Positions 19,206 to 29,478 of a stretch of DNA of 64,000 nucleotides are shown in pieces. How positions within the stretch are numbered: position 1 is the first letter of the stretch; every line of letters begins with the position of its first letter. The position numbers were made by a program, and so were the translations under genes. The stretch is from Nitrospirota bacterium (GTDB lineage: Bacteria; Nitrospirota; UBA9217): positions 145,777 through 209,776 of the forward strand of contig CAWGYL010000001.1 in the NCBI GenBank assembly GCA_963826885.1. Direction: 5' to 3'. A model generated the notes under the pieces. That model saw nothing but the letters and a program-made list of their open reading frames with translations, did not search any database and was not told the DNA's origin.

Positions 19206-20575
19206 TGAAAATCCTGCTTATATCAGCTAACGTGACTCTGTCGCCGTACCCGATCTATCCGATCGGCGTAAGCATGATTGCCGGAGCACTCACGAAAGCG
19301 GGCCATGAAGTGCTACAGGTGGATCTGCTTCACCAGAACACATCGATGGAAGCCATTGCGGAAGAGGTGAGGAAATTCAACCCCGGCCTCGTCGGCATTT
19401 CGGTGCGGAACATCGACAACGTCAACCTGATGAACGAGCAATACTATATCCAGAATGTCAAGGACATCGTGAGCAGGATCCGGGAAGTCACGGCTGTGAA
19501 GGTGCTCCTGGGAGGGGCGGGCTTCTCGCTTATCCCGGATCTGATCCTGAAGGAGACCGGCGCGGATTACGGCATTGTCGGGGAAGGCGAGGTCCTTGCC
19601 GTCGAATTCGCAAACAATGCGGTAAACGGGATCTATCCCGCGGAGCGGCTTATCTCATCGGCACCGCGGTTGTCCGGGGCCGAGATCAACTCGGCGCTTT
19701 ATGACGAACGGCTGCTCGAATTTTACCTTCACAGCGGAAACATCGCCTCGATCCAGACGAAACGGGGATGCAGCTATAAATGCGTCTACTGCACCTATCC
19801 CGTGCTCGAAGGATCCAAGCTCCGCAGAAGGGAGCCCCGTGCGGTTGCCGACGACATTGAGCTGCTGAGGGACAAGTTCAAGACCAAGTATGTCTTCTTC
19901 GTCGATTCGGTGTTTAACGACGATGAGGGCGCCTACCTCGAGGTTATTGATGAAATGGAGAGACGCAACATCTCCATCCCTTGGACCGCATTCTTCAAGC
20001 CGCGCGGCCTAAACGACGAAATCGTGCAACGCATGAAGAAAACCGGTTTCGTTGCTGCCGAGGTCGGCGCCGATGCGGCCTGCGATACTACACTCCGGAA
20101 AATGGGCAAGAGCTTCACTTTCCGCGATATCGCGGAGTGCAACGACCTTTTTGTGCGGCACGGCATCGCTACGTCTCATTTCTTCATGTTCGGCGGTCCG
20201 GGGGAGACGCCCGATACGGTCCACGAGGGCATCAGGAATATTTTGAGCCTTCAGAAGTGCGTTGCATTCATCTTTATGGGCATCAGGATCCTGCCTGAGA
20301 CGGCGCTTGCGCGGCTCGCAATCAAGGAAAAAATTATTGCGCCCGATGACGGAATGCTTCATCCGGTTTATTATATATCACCTGCGGTGGACCAGAAATG
20401 GCTCGAAGAGACGCTGACCATGGCATTTAAGGGCGTACGTCACTGCGTGTTCCCGCCCGATGCCATGGACAACAGCCTTCAGGTGCTGCATAAGCTTGGT
20501 TACACCGGTCCCATGTGGGATCTGCTGCTGCCCGGGAAAAAACCCCGCGAGAGGCCGAGGCATGCGAGAAAATAA
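19202..20575 (+). CDS. Lipid-biosynthesis B12-binding radical SAM protein (TIGR04072-like)
   Basis: PYPIYPIG, ISVRNIDNV, TKRGCSYKCVYCTYP, FVDSVFND, FGGPGET. Confidence 0.88.
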   Translation: MMKILLISANVTLSPYPIYPIGVSMIAGALTKAGHEVLQVDLLHQNTSMEAIAEEVRKFNPGLVGISVRNIDNVNLMNEQYYIQNVKDIVSRIREVTAVKVLLGGAGFSLIPDLILKETGADYGIVGEGEVLAVEFANNAVNGIYPAERLISSAPRLSGAEINSALYDERLLEFYLHSGNIASIQTKRGCSYKCVYCTYPVLEGSKLRRREPRAVADDIELLRDKFKTKYVFFVDSVFNDDEGAYLEVIDEMERRNISIPWTAFFKPRGLNDEIVQRMKKTGFVAAEVGADAACDTTLRKMGKSFTFRDIAECNDLFVRHGIATSHFFMFGGPGETPDTVHEGIRNILSLQKCVAFIFMGIRILPETALARLAIKEKIIAPDDGMLHPVYYISPAVDQKWLEETLTMAFKGVRHCVFPPDAMDNSLQVLHKLGYTGPMWDLLLPGKKPRERPRHARK

Positions 20576-21755
20576 ACTCATACCTCATGACCGCATATGG
20601 ATCGTCATTCCGGTCTATAATAATAAGGACACCGTGAGGACGGTGGCTCAAGAATGCCGTTCTCTCATGAAAAACGTTCTCGTCATCGATGACGGCAGCA
20701 CGGATGCTGATCTATCCGCGCTCCTGTTCGGTCTGGATGTGGTCGTGCTGAAGCATTCGGAAAACCGCGGCAAGGGCCAAGCCATCATGACAGGGTGTTG
20801 CTATGTCGAGAACCATGGCGGCGAGTACATGATCACCATTGATGCCGACGGCCAGCATCTGCCTCGTGACATCGGGAAAATCCTTCCACTGATAAACGAA
20901 CAGCATCCGATGATCGTCATCGGGTCCCGCAATTTCAATACTGATCATGTCCCTGCATCGAGCCGTTTCGGCAGGTCCTTTGCAAATTTCTGGTTTCGCG
21001 TCGAAACAGGCAGAATCGTGGATGACTGCCAGAGCGGTTTTCGCGCGTACCCCGTGCATTATCTGAAGCAGATGAAGTTCAAAGGCGTCCGGTATGATTT
21101 CGAGGCTGAGGTTCTGGCCAAGGTAGCATGGGCAGGTCTTGCAATAACAACGGTACCTATCGAAGTCCGGTACCCGAAGCCGGAAGAACGAGTGTCGAGC
21201 TTCAAGCCCTTGCTCGACAATATGAGGCTCACAGCCATTCACTCCATGCTCGTGGGAAGAAGGCTCGTGCCATGGCCGCACAAGAAACTGGTCAAGGATG
21301 CGAATGCCTTCGACGTCTCACTGCTCCGGCATCCGGGAAAAGTGCTCCGGATGCTGATCATGGAGCAGGCAACACCGGAAGGACTGGCGATGTCGGCGGC
21401 CATGGGCATGTTCCTGGCCGTACTGCCGCTCCTATTCGTGCATTCCCTCGTGATCCTGTACGTCGCGCTTCGGCTGAATCTAAACAAGATCGTGGCGCTC
21501 AATGTCCAGCATCTGGCCATGCCGCCGTTCATCCCGGCGCTCTGCATCGAGGTCGGCTACTATCTGCGACATGGAGAATGGCTTACGGACCTGTCGTTCA
21601 CAACGGTTTTTGAGCAGTTCTCGTCTCGACTGTACGAGTGGTTTCTAGGGTCGCTCATCATCGCGCCGCTGTCCGCTGTTCTGATCGGAGCGGTAATGTA
21701 CATCGCGGCGGCAATGATAAAAAGAGTAAGGTATGTCAATGGCGGCAAGGAATAG
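20562..21755 (+). CDS. Family 2 glycosyltransferase with C-terminal membrane DUF2062-like domain
   Basis: IPVYNN, DDGSTD, NRGKG, IDADGQH, DCQSGFRAYP; hydrophobic C-terminus. Confidence 0.88.
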   Translation: MRENKLIPHDRIWIVIPVYNNKDTVRTVAQECRSLMKNVLVIDDGSTDADLSALLFGLDVVVLKHSENRGKGQAIMTGCCYVENHGGEYMITIDADGQHLPRDIGKILPLINEQHPMIVIGSRNFNTDHVPASSRFGRSFANFWFRVETGRIVDDCQSGFRAYPVHYLKQMKFKGVRYDFEAEVLAKVAWAGLAITTVPIEVRYPKPEERVSSFKPLLDNMRLTAIHSMLVGRRLVPWPHKKLVKDANAFDVSLLRHPGKVLRMLIMEQATPEGLAMSAAMGMFLAVLPLLFVHSLVILYVALRLNLNKIVALNVQHLAMPPFIPALCIEVGYYLRHGEWLTDLSFTTVFEQFSSRLYEWFLGSLIIAPLSAVLIGAVMYIAAAMIKRVRYVNGGKE

Positions 21756-22641
21756 TGTTGAGAGGAAGCGAGGCAACAGGCTGGGTTTCTGGTTTTTTCG
21801 CGTCGCTGTCCGGACCTTCGGCCTGCGCGGCGCCTATGGTTTTCTCTACTTCGTCGTTCTCTACTATCTGGCAGTCGACCATGCGGTCGTCTCGGCAAGT
21901 CTTGCCTTTGCCCGAAGGCGTTTTCCGGAGCATGGGGCGATTCGCAGGCTCCTGGACGTGTACCTGCTTTTTGTCAACCAGGGCAAAAACCTTATCGATC
22001 GGTTCGCTGTTGCGTCAGGATATAAGGATATCGACATCGAGCTCAAGGACCTGGAGAAGCTCCAGGCCTTTCTCGCAAAGCAGCCTAAAGGCTTCATCCT
22101 GCTGACCGCACACGTGGGAAACTGGCAGGTGGCAATGACGGCGCTCAGGAAACTCGGCCGGACCGTGCACCTCATGATGCGGCCCGAAGACAACGCGGCG
22201 GTCAAGGAGGCTTTGCAGGTCGACAGCGAGCAGGAGCAAGTGAAGGTCATCTTCACCGATGATACGCTCGGAGGGGTCATCGAGGCGATGAAGGCCGTCA
22301 ACCGGGGCGAGATCGTGTCGATCATGGGCGACCGAACCTATGGGTACAGCGCAACCGGTGTTTCGTTCCTCGGCAGCGAGGTTCGGTTCCCCCATGGCGC
22401 CTTCAGTCTCGCGGCTGCTGCGCAGTGCCCCGTGGTAGTCCTGCTTTCGGCCAGGATCGGCGTGAAACGGTATGTCGTGGACGTTTCCCACATCATCGCC
22501 GCGCCTGCTGGAAGTCGGGGTGGGAACAGCGAGGCGATGAAGGCCGCTGTCCAGGAGTTCGCGCGCGTGCTCGAGGGATATGTGGTGGACTATCCCTATC
22601 AATGGTTTGTGTTCCGTGACATATGGAAGTCCAATGATTAA
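21733..22641 (+). CDS. LpxL-like lysophospholipid acyltransferase
   Basis: TAHVGNWQ, IMGDR, YPYQWF. Confidence 0.85.
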   Translation: MSMAARNSVERKRGNRLGFWFFRVAVRTFGLRGAYGFLYFVVLYYLAVDHAVVSASLAFARRRFPEHGAIRRLLDVYLLFVNQGKNLIDRFAVASGYKDIDIELKDLEKLQAFLAKQPKGFILLTAHVGNWQVAMTALRKLGRTVHLMMRPEDNAAVKEALQVDSEQEQVKVIFTDDTLGGVIEAMKAVNRGEIVSIMGDRTYGYSATGVSFLGSEVRFPHGAFSLAAAAQCPVVVLLSARIGVKRYVVDVSHIIAAPAGSRGGNSEAMKAAVQEFARVLEGYVVDYPYQWFVFRDIWKSND

Positions 22642-22647
22642 TGAATA

Positions 22648-22950
22648 ATGCATCGAGATAAGGAGCGAATGATGGCGCATACCAAGGAGCAGGAGCTGCA
22701 GAAGATACGGGAGGAATTGAAAGAGATGATCGTGAAGGACCTGAGCCTCGAGGATATCAAGCCCGAGGATATTAAAGACGACGAGGTCCTTTTCGGCGAG
22801 GGAGTTGGGCTGGATTCTCTTGATGCCGTCGAGATCGTGGTTCTCCTTCAGCGCAATTACGGCCTCGAAGTCAAGAACATGGATCAGGGGAAAGAAATCC
22901 TCCGTTCCATCGATACCATCGCCAACTACGTCTACGACAACAAGAAGTAA
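22648..22950 (+). CDS. Acyl carrier protein (ACP2)
   Basis: LFGEGVGLDSLDAVE; acidic. Confidence 0.93.
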   Translation: MHRDKERMMAHTKEQELQKIREELKEMIVKDLSLEDIKPEDIKDDEVLFGEGVGLDSLDAVEIVVLLQRNYGLEVKNMDQGKEILRSIDTIANYVYDNKK

Positions 22951-23166
22951 AGTCCTTGAAGCCGGGCAAGCGGAGCAGGGTTGCGCGTGTCAACAGCCCC
23001 TTTGCCCCCGGATGGGGACATTCCCGACCGTTACGCCCCTGCCGGAAAGCGGCAGGCGACTGAAGACTGCTGTCTTCTTCCCGTGGCAGGAAGGACTATT
23101 TACGGGAAAACGCAATGTTTCATCAAAGAACAAGGCCTGAGCATGCCGGCAGGGGAGAATAGCCAT

Positions 23167-24534
23167 ATGGAAAAAAATGCAGTGCTCGATGTTATAAGGA
23201 AAAATCTTTTCTATGGATCTGCAGAATATACGAAGAGCCAGCCGGACCTGTTTATTCCTCACCGGTTCAAAATCCTGGCGCCGTCACAGGTGGACAGCTT
23301 TCTTGAGAAAGTAAAAAAAAGTTTGACGGAGGAGGAAATATTGTTGTACGTTCACCTTCCGTTCTGCGCCTCCGAATGTTTTTTTTGCAACTCCTTCCCT
23401 CATAAAGTGAACAAGGAAGTCCAGACTGAGTACCTCGATAATCTGTTGAAGGAGATTGAGCTGGTGGCGGGCCATGGGGTATTCAAGGGCAAGAAAGCGA
23501 AATGCATTTCCCTCGGGGGCGGCACTCCCACATCATACTCCAATTACGATCTTGAGCGTATTTTAGATGTAATTTCATCAAACATAGATTTATCCGATGC
23601 CTGTAGCATCACTTCGGAAGCGCATCCTCACACGCTCGCCCATACAAAGAGAATCAGGGAATTAAAAGCCATAGGCATCAACAGAATCAGCATCGGTTGC
23701 CAGACATTCGACCGGGGAACGCTTCTCCTGTGCAATAGAAATAACACGAAGGAACAGGTTGCAGGGATAGTCAGGGATGCGCAGGACGCCGGCATAGCGA
23801 TCAATATCGACATGATGACCGGACTTCCGGGACAGACCATGGAACACGTGAAAAGCGATCTCGAAATACTTGCCAGCATACGTCCTGATTCAGTCGAGTA
23901 TATCAGGCATGAAATAGTGAACCCACTTGTCGTCAAACTGTACAAGGATCAGCCGAGTCTGGTTGTCAGCCATGACACCCTTTTCGAGATGGTCTATACA
24001 ACGCAAGAATGGATGAGCGCAAACGGATACGAGCAAAACGGCAGGTTCACCAATGATAAACAATGGGCATACCGGTATTATTGGCTCAAGGAAATGCCGA
24101 TCATCGCGTTCGGTTCGCGGACGCGGTCGTACACCAAGACGATGTGCTTTGACAAGTATGAAGAGCTTTCCGTCTATTCGCGTATTCTCAGGAAGGGCGG
24201 CCTGCCTATCACCAGGTACATCGAGCTTACGGAACGAGAACAGATGTTCCGATCACTGTTGCTGAACCTGCAGATAGCAGAGGGGCTTGACAGCAAACAG
24301 TTTCGCGCTCGATTTGCCGCGGACCCGGTGGATGTCTTTTCACCGCTCGTTGCAAAGCTTCGCGAATACGGGTGCCTCAACCATGAAACCGCGGCTATTC
24401 AGTTGTCGAAATACGGCGCTTATTTCGTAGAGGACATTTGCGACTACATTATCGATACAGTATTAAAAGAGGAATCGGGTAGCCTGGCACGAACTCCCCA
24501 TTCAGATGGGCGCACCTCTACGAGGCTTCATTGA
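23167..24534 (+). CDS. HemN-like (class C) radical SAM protein
   Basis: LYVHLPFCASECFFC, LGGGTPT, RISIGCQTF, DMMTGLPGQT; GGGGAG RBS before ATG 23167. Confidence 0.88.
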   Translation: MEKNAVLDVIRKNLFYGSAEYTKSQPDLFIPHRFKILAPSQVDSFLEKVKKSLTEEEILLYVHLPFCASECFFCNSFPHKVNKEVQTEYLDNLLKEIELVAGHGVFKGKKAKCISLGGGTPTSYSNYDLERILDVISSNIDLSDACSITSEAHPHTLAHTKRIRELKAIGINRISIGCQTFDRGTLLLCNRNNTKEQVAGIVRDAQDAGIAINIDMMTGLPGQTMEHVKSDLEILASIRPDSVEYIRHEIVNPLVVKLYKDQPSLVVSHDTLFEMVYTTQEWMSANGYEQNGRFTNDKQWAYRYYWLKEMPIIAFGSRTRSYTKTMCFDKYEELSVYSRILRKGGLPITRYIELTEREQMFRSLLLNLQIAEGLDSKQFRARFAADPVDVFSPLVAKLREYGCLNHETAAIQLSKYGAYFVEDICDYIIDTVLKEESGSLARTPHSDGRTSTRLH

Positions 24535-24590
24535 CTGAAGAAACGCACTTGTCCGGCATTGTCACGAACCATTCTATCGTGTGGTATTTT

Positions 24591-25526
24591 ATGAGTCGTC
24601 TAATCATAATCACAATAGCATTGTCTTTCCTCCTGTCCTGCAACGGTGCGCATCAACAATACGATTCGCCCCGCACTGTGTCGGTCCCTTTGTTCACTTA
24701 CATCCTGGACGACGGCAATGATACGGATTACTTGGTGGCGAAGGAGATTTTCACAGAACAGGGTGCCGTTGCCTGCTCTGCGGTCACGACGGACTGGATC
24801 GGCAAGAACAACCATCTGACCGCTGATCAGATCAGGGCGCTCCGCGACGCGGGCTGGGAAATCATGAGCCACACGGTATCCCATCACCATCTCACGTCAC
24901 TCAATGCCGCGCAGATCGAGGATGAGTTTTCACGGTCGATCGCTACGCTCGAGAGTTTGGGTGTGACGGTGCACAATATCGTCTATCCCTACAACCAGAG
25001 CAACGAGTTGGTCAGAAAGATTGCGGCAAAATACTACCGGTCTGGCAGGGGCGGGACGTATGCTGTGAATTATGCAGGCACAGATCCTTATTTTTTAAAA
25101 TCTTTTCCCTATAAACACGATCTCACCGGGATGAAGCAGACTATCGATCATTCGTATGCCGATCGAGCCTGGCTCATAGTGTATCAGCATGAGGTAGATA
25201 TCAAGATCGATATCACGGACAGGAGGGGAACTTTTGTCCCAGGAGAGCACTTGACCTTTAGCCCGTCGGGCGCAGTGGGCAGGTATGAAGCGCCTGCGTG
25301 GTTCCAGTATTTTGGGTCGCTCTATTTCGTTCCCCTGGCTGGAACACCACAACCTGGGGACTGGATATTGGGAAAGTCAAGCAATGCATCGGCGAAGTTC
25401 AATCATGTTATATACGACGACCGCGCGGCCATCATCGATATGATACGGTATGTCCGTACGAAGTATCCAGACATGCGCATCGTGACCGTAGATCAGGGGC
25501 TGAATTTGCTGGGGATGGCGAAATAG
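24591..25526 (+). CDS. Lipoprotein polysaccharide deacetylase (NodB/CE4)
   Basis: Lipobox LLS-C; ILDDG, EIMSHTVSH, VYPY, YQHEV. Confidence 0.82.
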   Translation: MSRLIIITIALSFLLSCNGAHQQYDSPRTVSVPLFTYILDDGNDTDYLVAKEIFTEQGAVACSAVTTDWIGKNNHLTADQIRALRDAGWEIMSHTVSHHHLTSLNAAQIEDEFSRSIATLESLGVTVHNIVYPYNQSNELVRKIAAKYYRSGRGGTYAVNYAGTDPYFLKSFPYKHDLTGMKQTIDHSYADRAWLIVYQHEVDIKIDITDRRGTFVPGEHLTFSPSGAVGRYEAPAWFQYFGSLYFVPLAGTPQPGDWILGKSSNASAKFNHVIYDDRAAIIDMIRYVRTKYPDMRIVTVDQGLNLLGMAK

Positions 25527-25615
25527 ATCGGAACCCCAAATGCAGACAAGCTTGGGACCACCAGCTCCGCGTTGCGGAACACACGGATAAACAGGTCTAG
25601 GTAAAACACATTCCA

Positions 25616-26791
25616 ATGAGCGAAACCTCTATTCTCATAACCGGCATGGGAGCAATATCCGCGGCGGGAGACACGATTCCTGAAACGCTTGCAACATTCG
25701 AGCGCGGGCAACGGAATGCGGGACCGGTTACGCGTTTTCCCACGAAACTGACCTATCCTGTTTTCGAGGTCAAGAACCTGCCGTCTCGGTATTTTCTCGA
25801 AGGTCAACGAACCTTGAGCCTAGCTCTCATTGCCGTTGACCAGGCCCTTGCCGAAGCAGATCTCGGCGATGTATCAGGACTTCGCATCGGCGTGTGCATG
25901 GGCACGACTGTGGCCAGCCAGTTGAACGACCTTCAATTTTACACTTCATTCCGCGAGCGCGACGAAGCGCCGATGACTGCGGTTGAACGGTTTCTGAAAG
26001 GGAACCTGGCAGAGGTCATCAGCCGCAAGCTCAAGGCGCGCGGACCAGCGCTTACTGTGGTGAACGCCTGTTCTTCGGGGACCGATGCCATCGGCGTTGC
26101 ACTTTCTTGGCTCAGGAGCAATCTTTGCGACATCGCTCTTGCAGGCGGCGCTGATGAACTGAATCACGTTCCTTACTGCGGGTTTGGCTCGCTCGGCATC
26201 GTAAACCCCGGGTTGTGCGCCCCCTTTGACAGGGATCGGAAAGGGCTGAACCTCGGTGAAGGTGCCGGCGTCGTGGTCCTAGAGAAGACGACCGCGCGGA
26301 AGCGAGGACGATCGTCGGAGCTTGTTCTTCTCGGGTACGGCTCATCGAGCGATGCATATCACCTTACCGCCCCGAGCCCTGACGGCGTTGGACTCAAGGC
26401 ATCGCTCAGGACTGCGCTCGATGAGGCTGGTATTAAACCGGAAGAGGTGGGCTTCGTGAACGCCCATGGCACCGGCACGCATGACAATGATCTCGTGGAG
26501 GGTAATACGCTGGCCGGAATGTTCGGAAAAGACCTGAAGATGCTTTCCACCAAGGGATACACCGGCCATACGCTCGGAGCGGCAGGGGGACTCGAGGCAG
26601 TGTTCACGGCGCTCGGTCTCCGGGAGGGCTGGATACCGGCAAGCGCGGGATTTTCAAACCAGGACGCTGCCATCGCTCTCGCCCCGGTGCGGGTAAAAAC
26701 GGAGGTAGGCGGTTACTATGCAATCTCAACATCGCTGGCCTTCGGGGGCAATAATGCCGCGCTCGTGATCGGGCGGGGAGTAAGGGAATGA
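25616..26791 (+). CDS. Beta-ketoacyl-ACP synthase (KS3)
   Basis: NACSSG, VNAHGTGT, KGYTGHTLG, FGGNN. Confidence 0.94.
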   Translation: MSETSILITGMGAISAAGDTIPETLATFERGQRNAGPVTRFPTKLTYPVFEVKNLPSRYFLEGQRTLSLALIAVDQALAEADLGDVSGLRIGVCMGTTVASQLNDLQFYTSFRERDEAPMTAVERFLKGNLAEVISRKLKARGPALTVVNACSSGTDAIGVALSWLRSNLCDIALAGGADELNHVPYCGFGSLGIVNPGLCAPFDRDRKGLNLGEGAGVVVLEKTTARKRGRSSELVLLGYGSSSDAYHLTAPSPDGVGLKASLRTALDEAGIKPEEVGFVNAHGTGTHDNDLVEGNTLAGMFGKDLKMLSTKGYTGHTLGAAGGLEAVFTALGLREGWIPASAGFSNQDAAIALAPVRVKTEVGGYYAISTSLAFGGNNAALVIGRGVRE

Positions 26792-27858
26792 ATGTTCTCG
26801 GGATCGGAGCCGTGTTTGCTGGAGGCATCGGCATCAAAAGCTTAGAAGAGACCCTGGTCGCAGGGTGGCAAAAGCCGGTTGACGTGGAGGCCAAATGGGC
26901 AGCGAGTGGAAAATACCCGGTATATCAGGCAAATCTCGACGACGTCCCGGATAAGACGATACTTAAAAAAGTCAGGCGCGCGGACCGGTTAAGCAAGATG
27001 GCGGTGATCTGCGCTGCGGATGCGATCAAGGATAGTGGAATCAGGGATATCAATAGGGAGAAAGTGGGCGTAATCGTAGCAACCGCATTTGGCGCGCACG
27101 TGACGACCTTCGGTTTTCTCGACAATATCCTCGATTTTGGCGAAACTGCCGTTTCTCCCACGATATTTTCAAATTCGGTGCATAATGCCGCGGCTTCCTA
27201 TGTTTCGTCGTCGCTTGACATCAAAGGGCCGACGCTCACCATAACGCAGTTCCGCTTTTCCTTCCAGTCGGCGCTGCAGCTTGCGCTTGTCTGGCTTCAG
27301 CAGAAGCGCTGCGATTATGTTCTGGCCGGCGCTGTGGATCAGTTCGGCGATGTACTGTGTTATGTTGCCGACCGGAAGCTGACCACAGCCCAGGATGGCA
27401 GGATTAAGCCATTTGTCTTCAAGCCAACCTTCCAGGTGCCTGGTGAAGGCGCAATTTTTTATATTTTGGGGCGTGAGAAGATGGAGAAGGCCTATTGCAC
27501 TGTTCAATCAGTCATGATCAATGACAATACTTCGCAGGGCGCGGGTACGGATGTCATAATCATCGATGCCGACGGCATGCTTCCCGACGAGTCGGCTTAT
27601 CTTGCCTGCGCTGATTCAGGGGTGTTGCTTGCGGCATATTCTCCGCTTTTCGGAACGATGATGACGGGCAGCGCCTTTAATGTGGCCGCCGGCGCATTGA
27701 TGCTGAGCAAACAGCGCTATTTCCCGAACCCGGTACAGGATAATCCCCAGGGTCTGAGAATACTGACTGATAGCGGATCGGCGAATATAGCAGCAATTGA
27801 ATGTGTCGGATACGACTGTCATTCTACGAGAGCAGCAGTTCGTTTGATCGCTATATGA
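26788..27858 (+). CDS. Chain-length factor / non-catalytic KS partner (CLF2)
   Basis: RRADRLSKMA, SPTIFSNSVHNAAAS; no catalytic Cys. Confidence 0.82.
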   Translation: MNVLGIGAVFAGGIGIKSLEETLVAGWQKPVDVEAKWAASGKYPVYQANLDDVPDKTILKKVRRADRLSKMAVICAADAIKDSGIRDINREKVGVIVATAFGAHVTTFGFLDNILDFGETAVSPTIFSNSVHNAAASYVSSSLDIKGPTLTITQFRFSFQSALQLALVWLQQKRCDYVLAGAVDQFGDVLCYVADRKLTTAQDGRIKPFVFKPTFQVPGEGAIFYILGREKMEKAYCTVQSVMINDNTSQGAGTDVIIIDADGMLPDESAYLACADSGVLLAAYSPLFGTMMTGSAFNVAAGALMLSKQRYFPNPVQDNPQGLRILTDSGSANIAAIECVGYDCHSTRAAVRLIAI

Positions 27859-27904
27859 AACGCATATAAGACATCAATTGAATCACTCATCGTGAGGAAC
27901 TATC

Positions 27905-28147
27905 ATGACTGTAGAAGAAATCGAAAGAAAATTGATCGACGGTATTTCAGCAATTACGAATAAGAATGCGTCGGAGATCACCGTGGACAAGGCCTTTCAT
28001 GATCTCGGCATCGACTCGATGGGATTCGTTGAAATTCTCGTGTACATCGAAAAGACCTTTAAGCTCCAGCTGATCGCGTCGGACCTGACCAAGAAGGATT
28101 TCGAGAGCATCCGTTCACTGGCAACACATATCAACAGGAAATTGTAG
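27905..28147 (+). CDS. Acyl carrier protein (ACP3)
   Basis: DLGIDSMGFVE; 80 aa. Confidence 0.92.
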   Translation: MTVEEIERKLIDGISAITNKNASEITVDKAFHDLGIDSMGFVEILVYIEKTFKLQLIASDLTKKDFESIRSLATHINRKL

Positions 28148-28161
28148 GAATTCAGGTCATT

Positions 28162-29478
28162 ATGCTGGAATCGAAACGCAAACGCTACCTTTCCGGATCA
28201 GACTGGGTCATCAATACGTTGGACCGGATGATGAAGTCCGCCACCTGCGTTGGGAACATATCCCAGATCGTGCTACAGCTCGGTTCAACCCTTCAGCAGA
28301 ACGAAGTACGTAATGCGTTGAACCGTTTTGTCAAAAAATTTCCCGTAATTAGTGGACGCGGAGCACGCGATATCAGACTGGCGCCGTACTGGAAAATTCC
28401 GCGGAAAAACGATGGCGAAATATCTTTTCATACGGTTGCCCCGGATAACAACACGTCACCGGGTGATAACTTTTCTTTCCTTGAAAAGAGCGCGAACGCT
28501 CCATTCCGCGACAAGAGAGACTACCTGTCCTTTCAGTTTCTGCCGAACGGAGGCCGAAATGTTATATCAATGACCTTCGACCATCGCCTTTTCGATGCCA
28601 GGGGCGCGGAAGCGTTTTTGAGCCTCTTTCAACAGGATGTCATGGATGGCAGCGTAGATGGCGACATCACCTTCGTATCTTCGGCGGCCCTGACGCAGTG
28701 GTCGCGGAAATTCCGCGCTGGCCAGAACGTGAACCGCAGGATCATCGCGTTGTCGAAATCTACACCCGAGCAGTTGCCCCTTCATCGTGAAGGCAGCGGC
28801 GCCTACCGGTATCGGTTGATTTCGTTCACCCCCGGGGAGACTGAAGATGTTTACAAACGCGCTTACCATGAAGCAGGCTACCTCATGGAGTCTCCCTTTT
28901 TCCTCGCCGTAATCATACAGGCCATGCATGATCTGTTTATTCGGCGGTATCGTACCCGGTCGAGCTATCTGATCCCGGTCACTGTAGATCTCAGACCGAA
29001 CGCGGACGCATTGCAGGAGATATTTTTCAATTATGTATCCTATCTTTTTTATCAGATCCCGGTGCAGGAGGCAGGCGACCAGCCAAAGATCATCGCATCA
29101 CTCAAGCAGCAGATGTATGATCAGGTAAAAGCCGGTTTTCCGAAAGACCTGGCCGAAGCCAGCCAACTAACTCGCATTGCACCACCGTCAATCCTTGGCA
29201 GGCTTCTTCATTTGCCCCTGAAGGGGAAAATGGCGACGTTTGCCTTTTCCCATCTCGGCAAAAGCTCGTACCACCATGGAGATTTTATGGGAGCAAAAAT
29301 CGAGAACCTATTCCATATGCCGCGCGTACCGGTGCCGCCGGGACTGGGGTTCTTCACGAATTATTTCAACGGCAGATTAAATATAGTTCTGTCCCATCTC
29401 GACGGTTTATTGAAGGATGAAGAAGTAAAAATGCTGGAGGCTGGAATCAGAGCACGATGCGGAGTTCCGAAAACGTGA
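28162..29478 (+). CDS. Condensation-domain/CAT-fold acyltransferase (PapA5/alcohol acyltransferase-like)
   Basis: FDHRLFDARG (HxxxD), PVTVDLR, FSHLG. Confidence 0.7.
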   Translation: MLESKRKRYLSGSDWVINTLDRMMKSATCVGNISQIVLQLGSTLQQNEVRNALNRFVKKFPVISGRGARDIRLAPYWKIPRKNDGEISFHTVAPDNNTSPGDNFSFLEKSANAPFRDKRDYLSFQFLPNGGRNVISMTFDHRLFDARGAEAFLSLFQQDVMDGSVDGDITFVSSAALTQWSRKFRAGQNVNRRIIALSKSTPEQLPLHREGSGAYRYRLISFTPGETEDVYKRAYHEAGYLMESPFFLAVIIQAMHDLFIRRYRTRSSYLIPVTVDLRPNADALQEIFFNYVSYLFYQIPVQEAGDQPKIIASLKQQMYDQVKAGFPKDLAEASQLTRIAPPSILGRLLHLPLKGKMATFAFSHLGKSSYHHGDFMGAKIENLFHMPRVPVPPGLGFFTNYFNGRLNIVLSHLDGLLKDEEVKMLEAGIRARCGVPKT

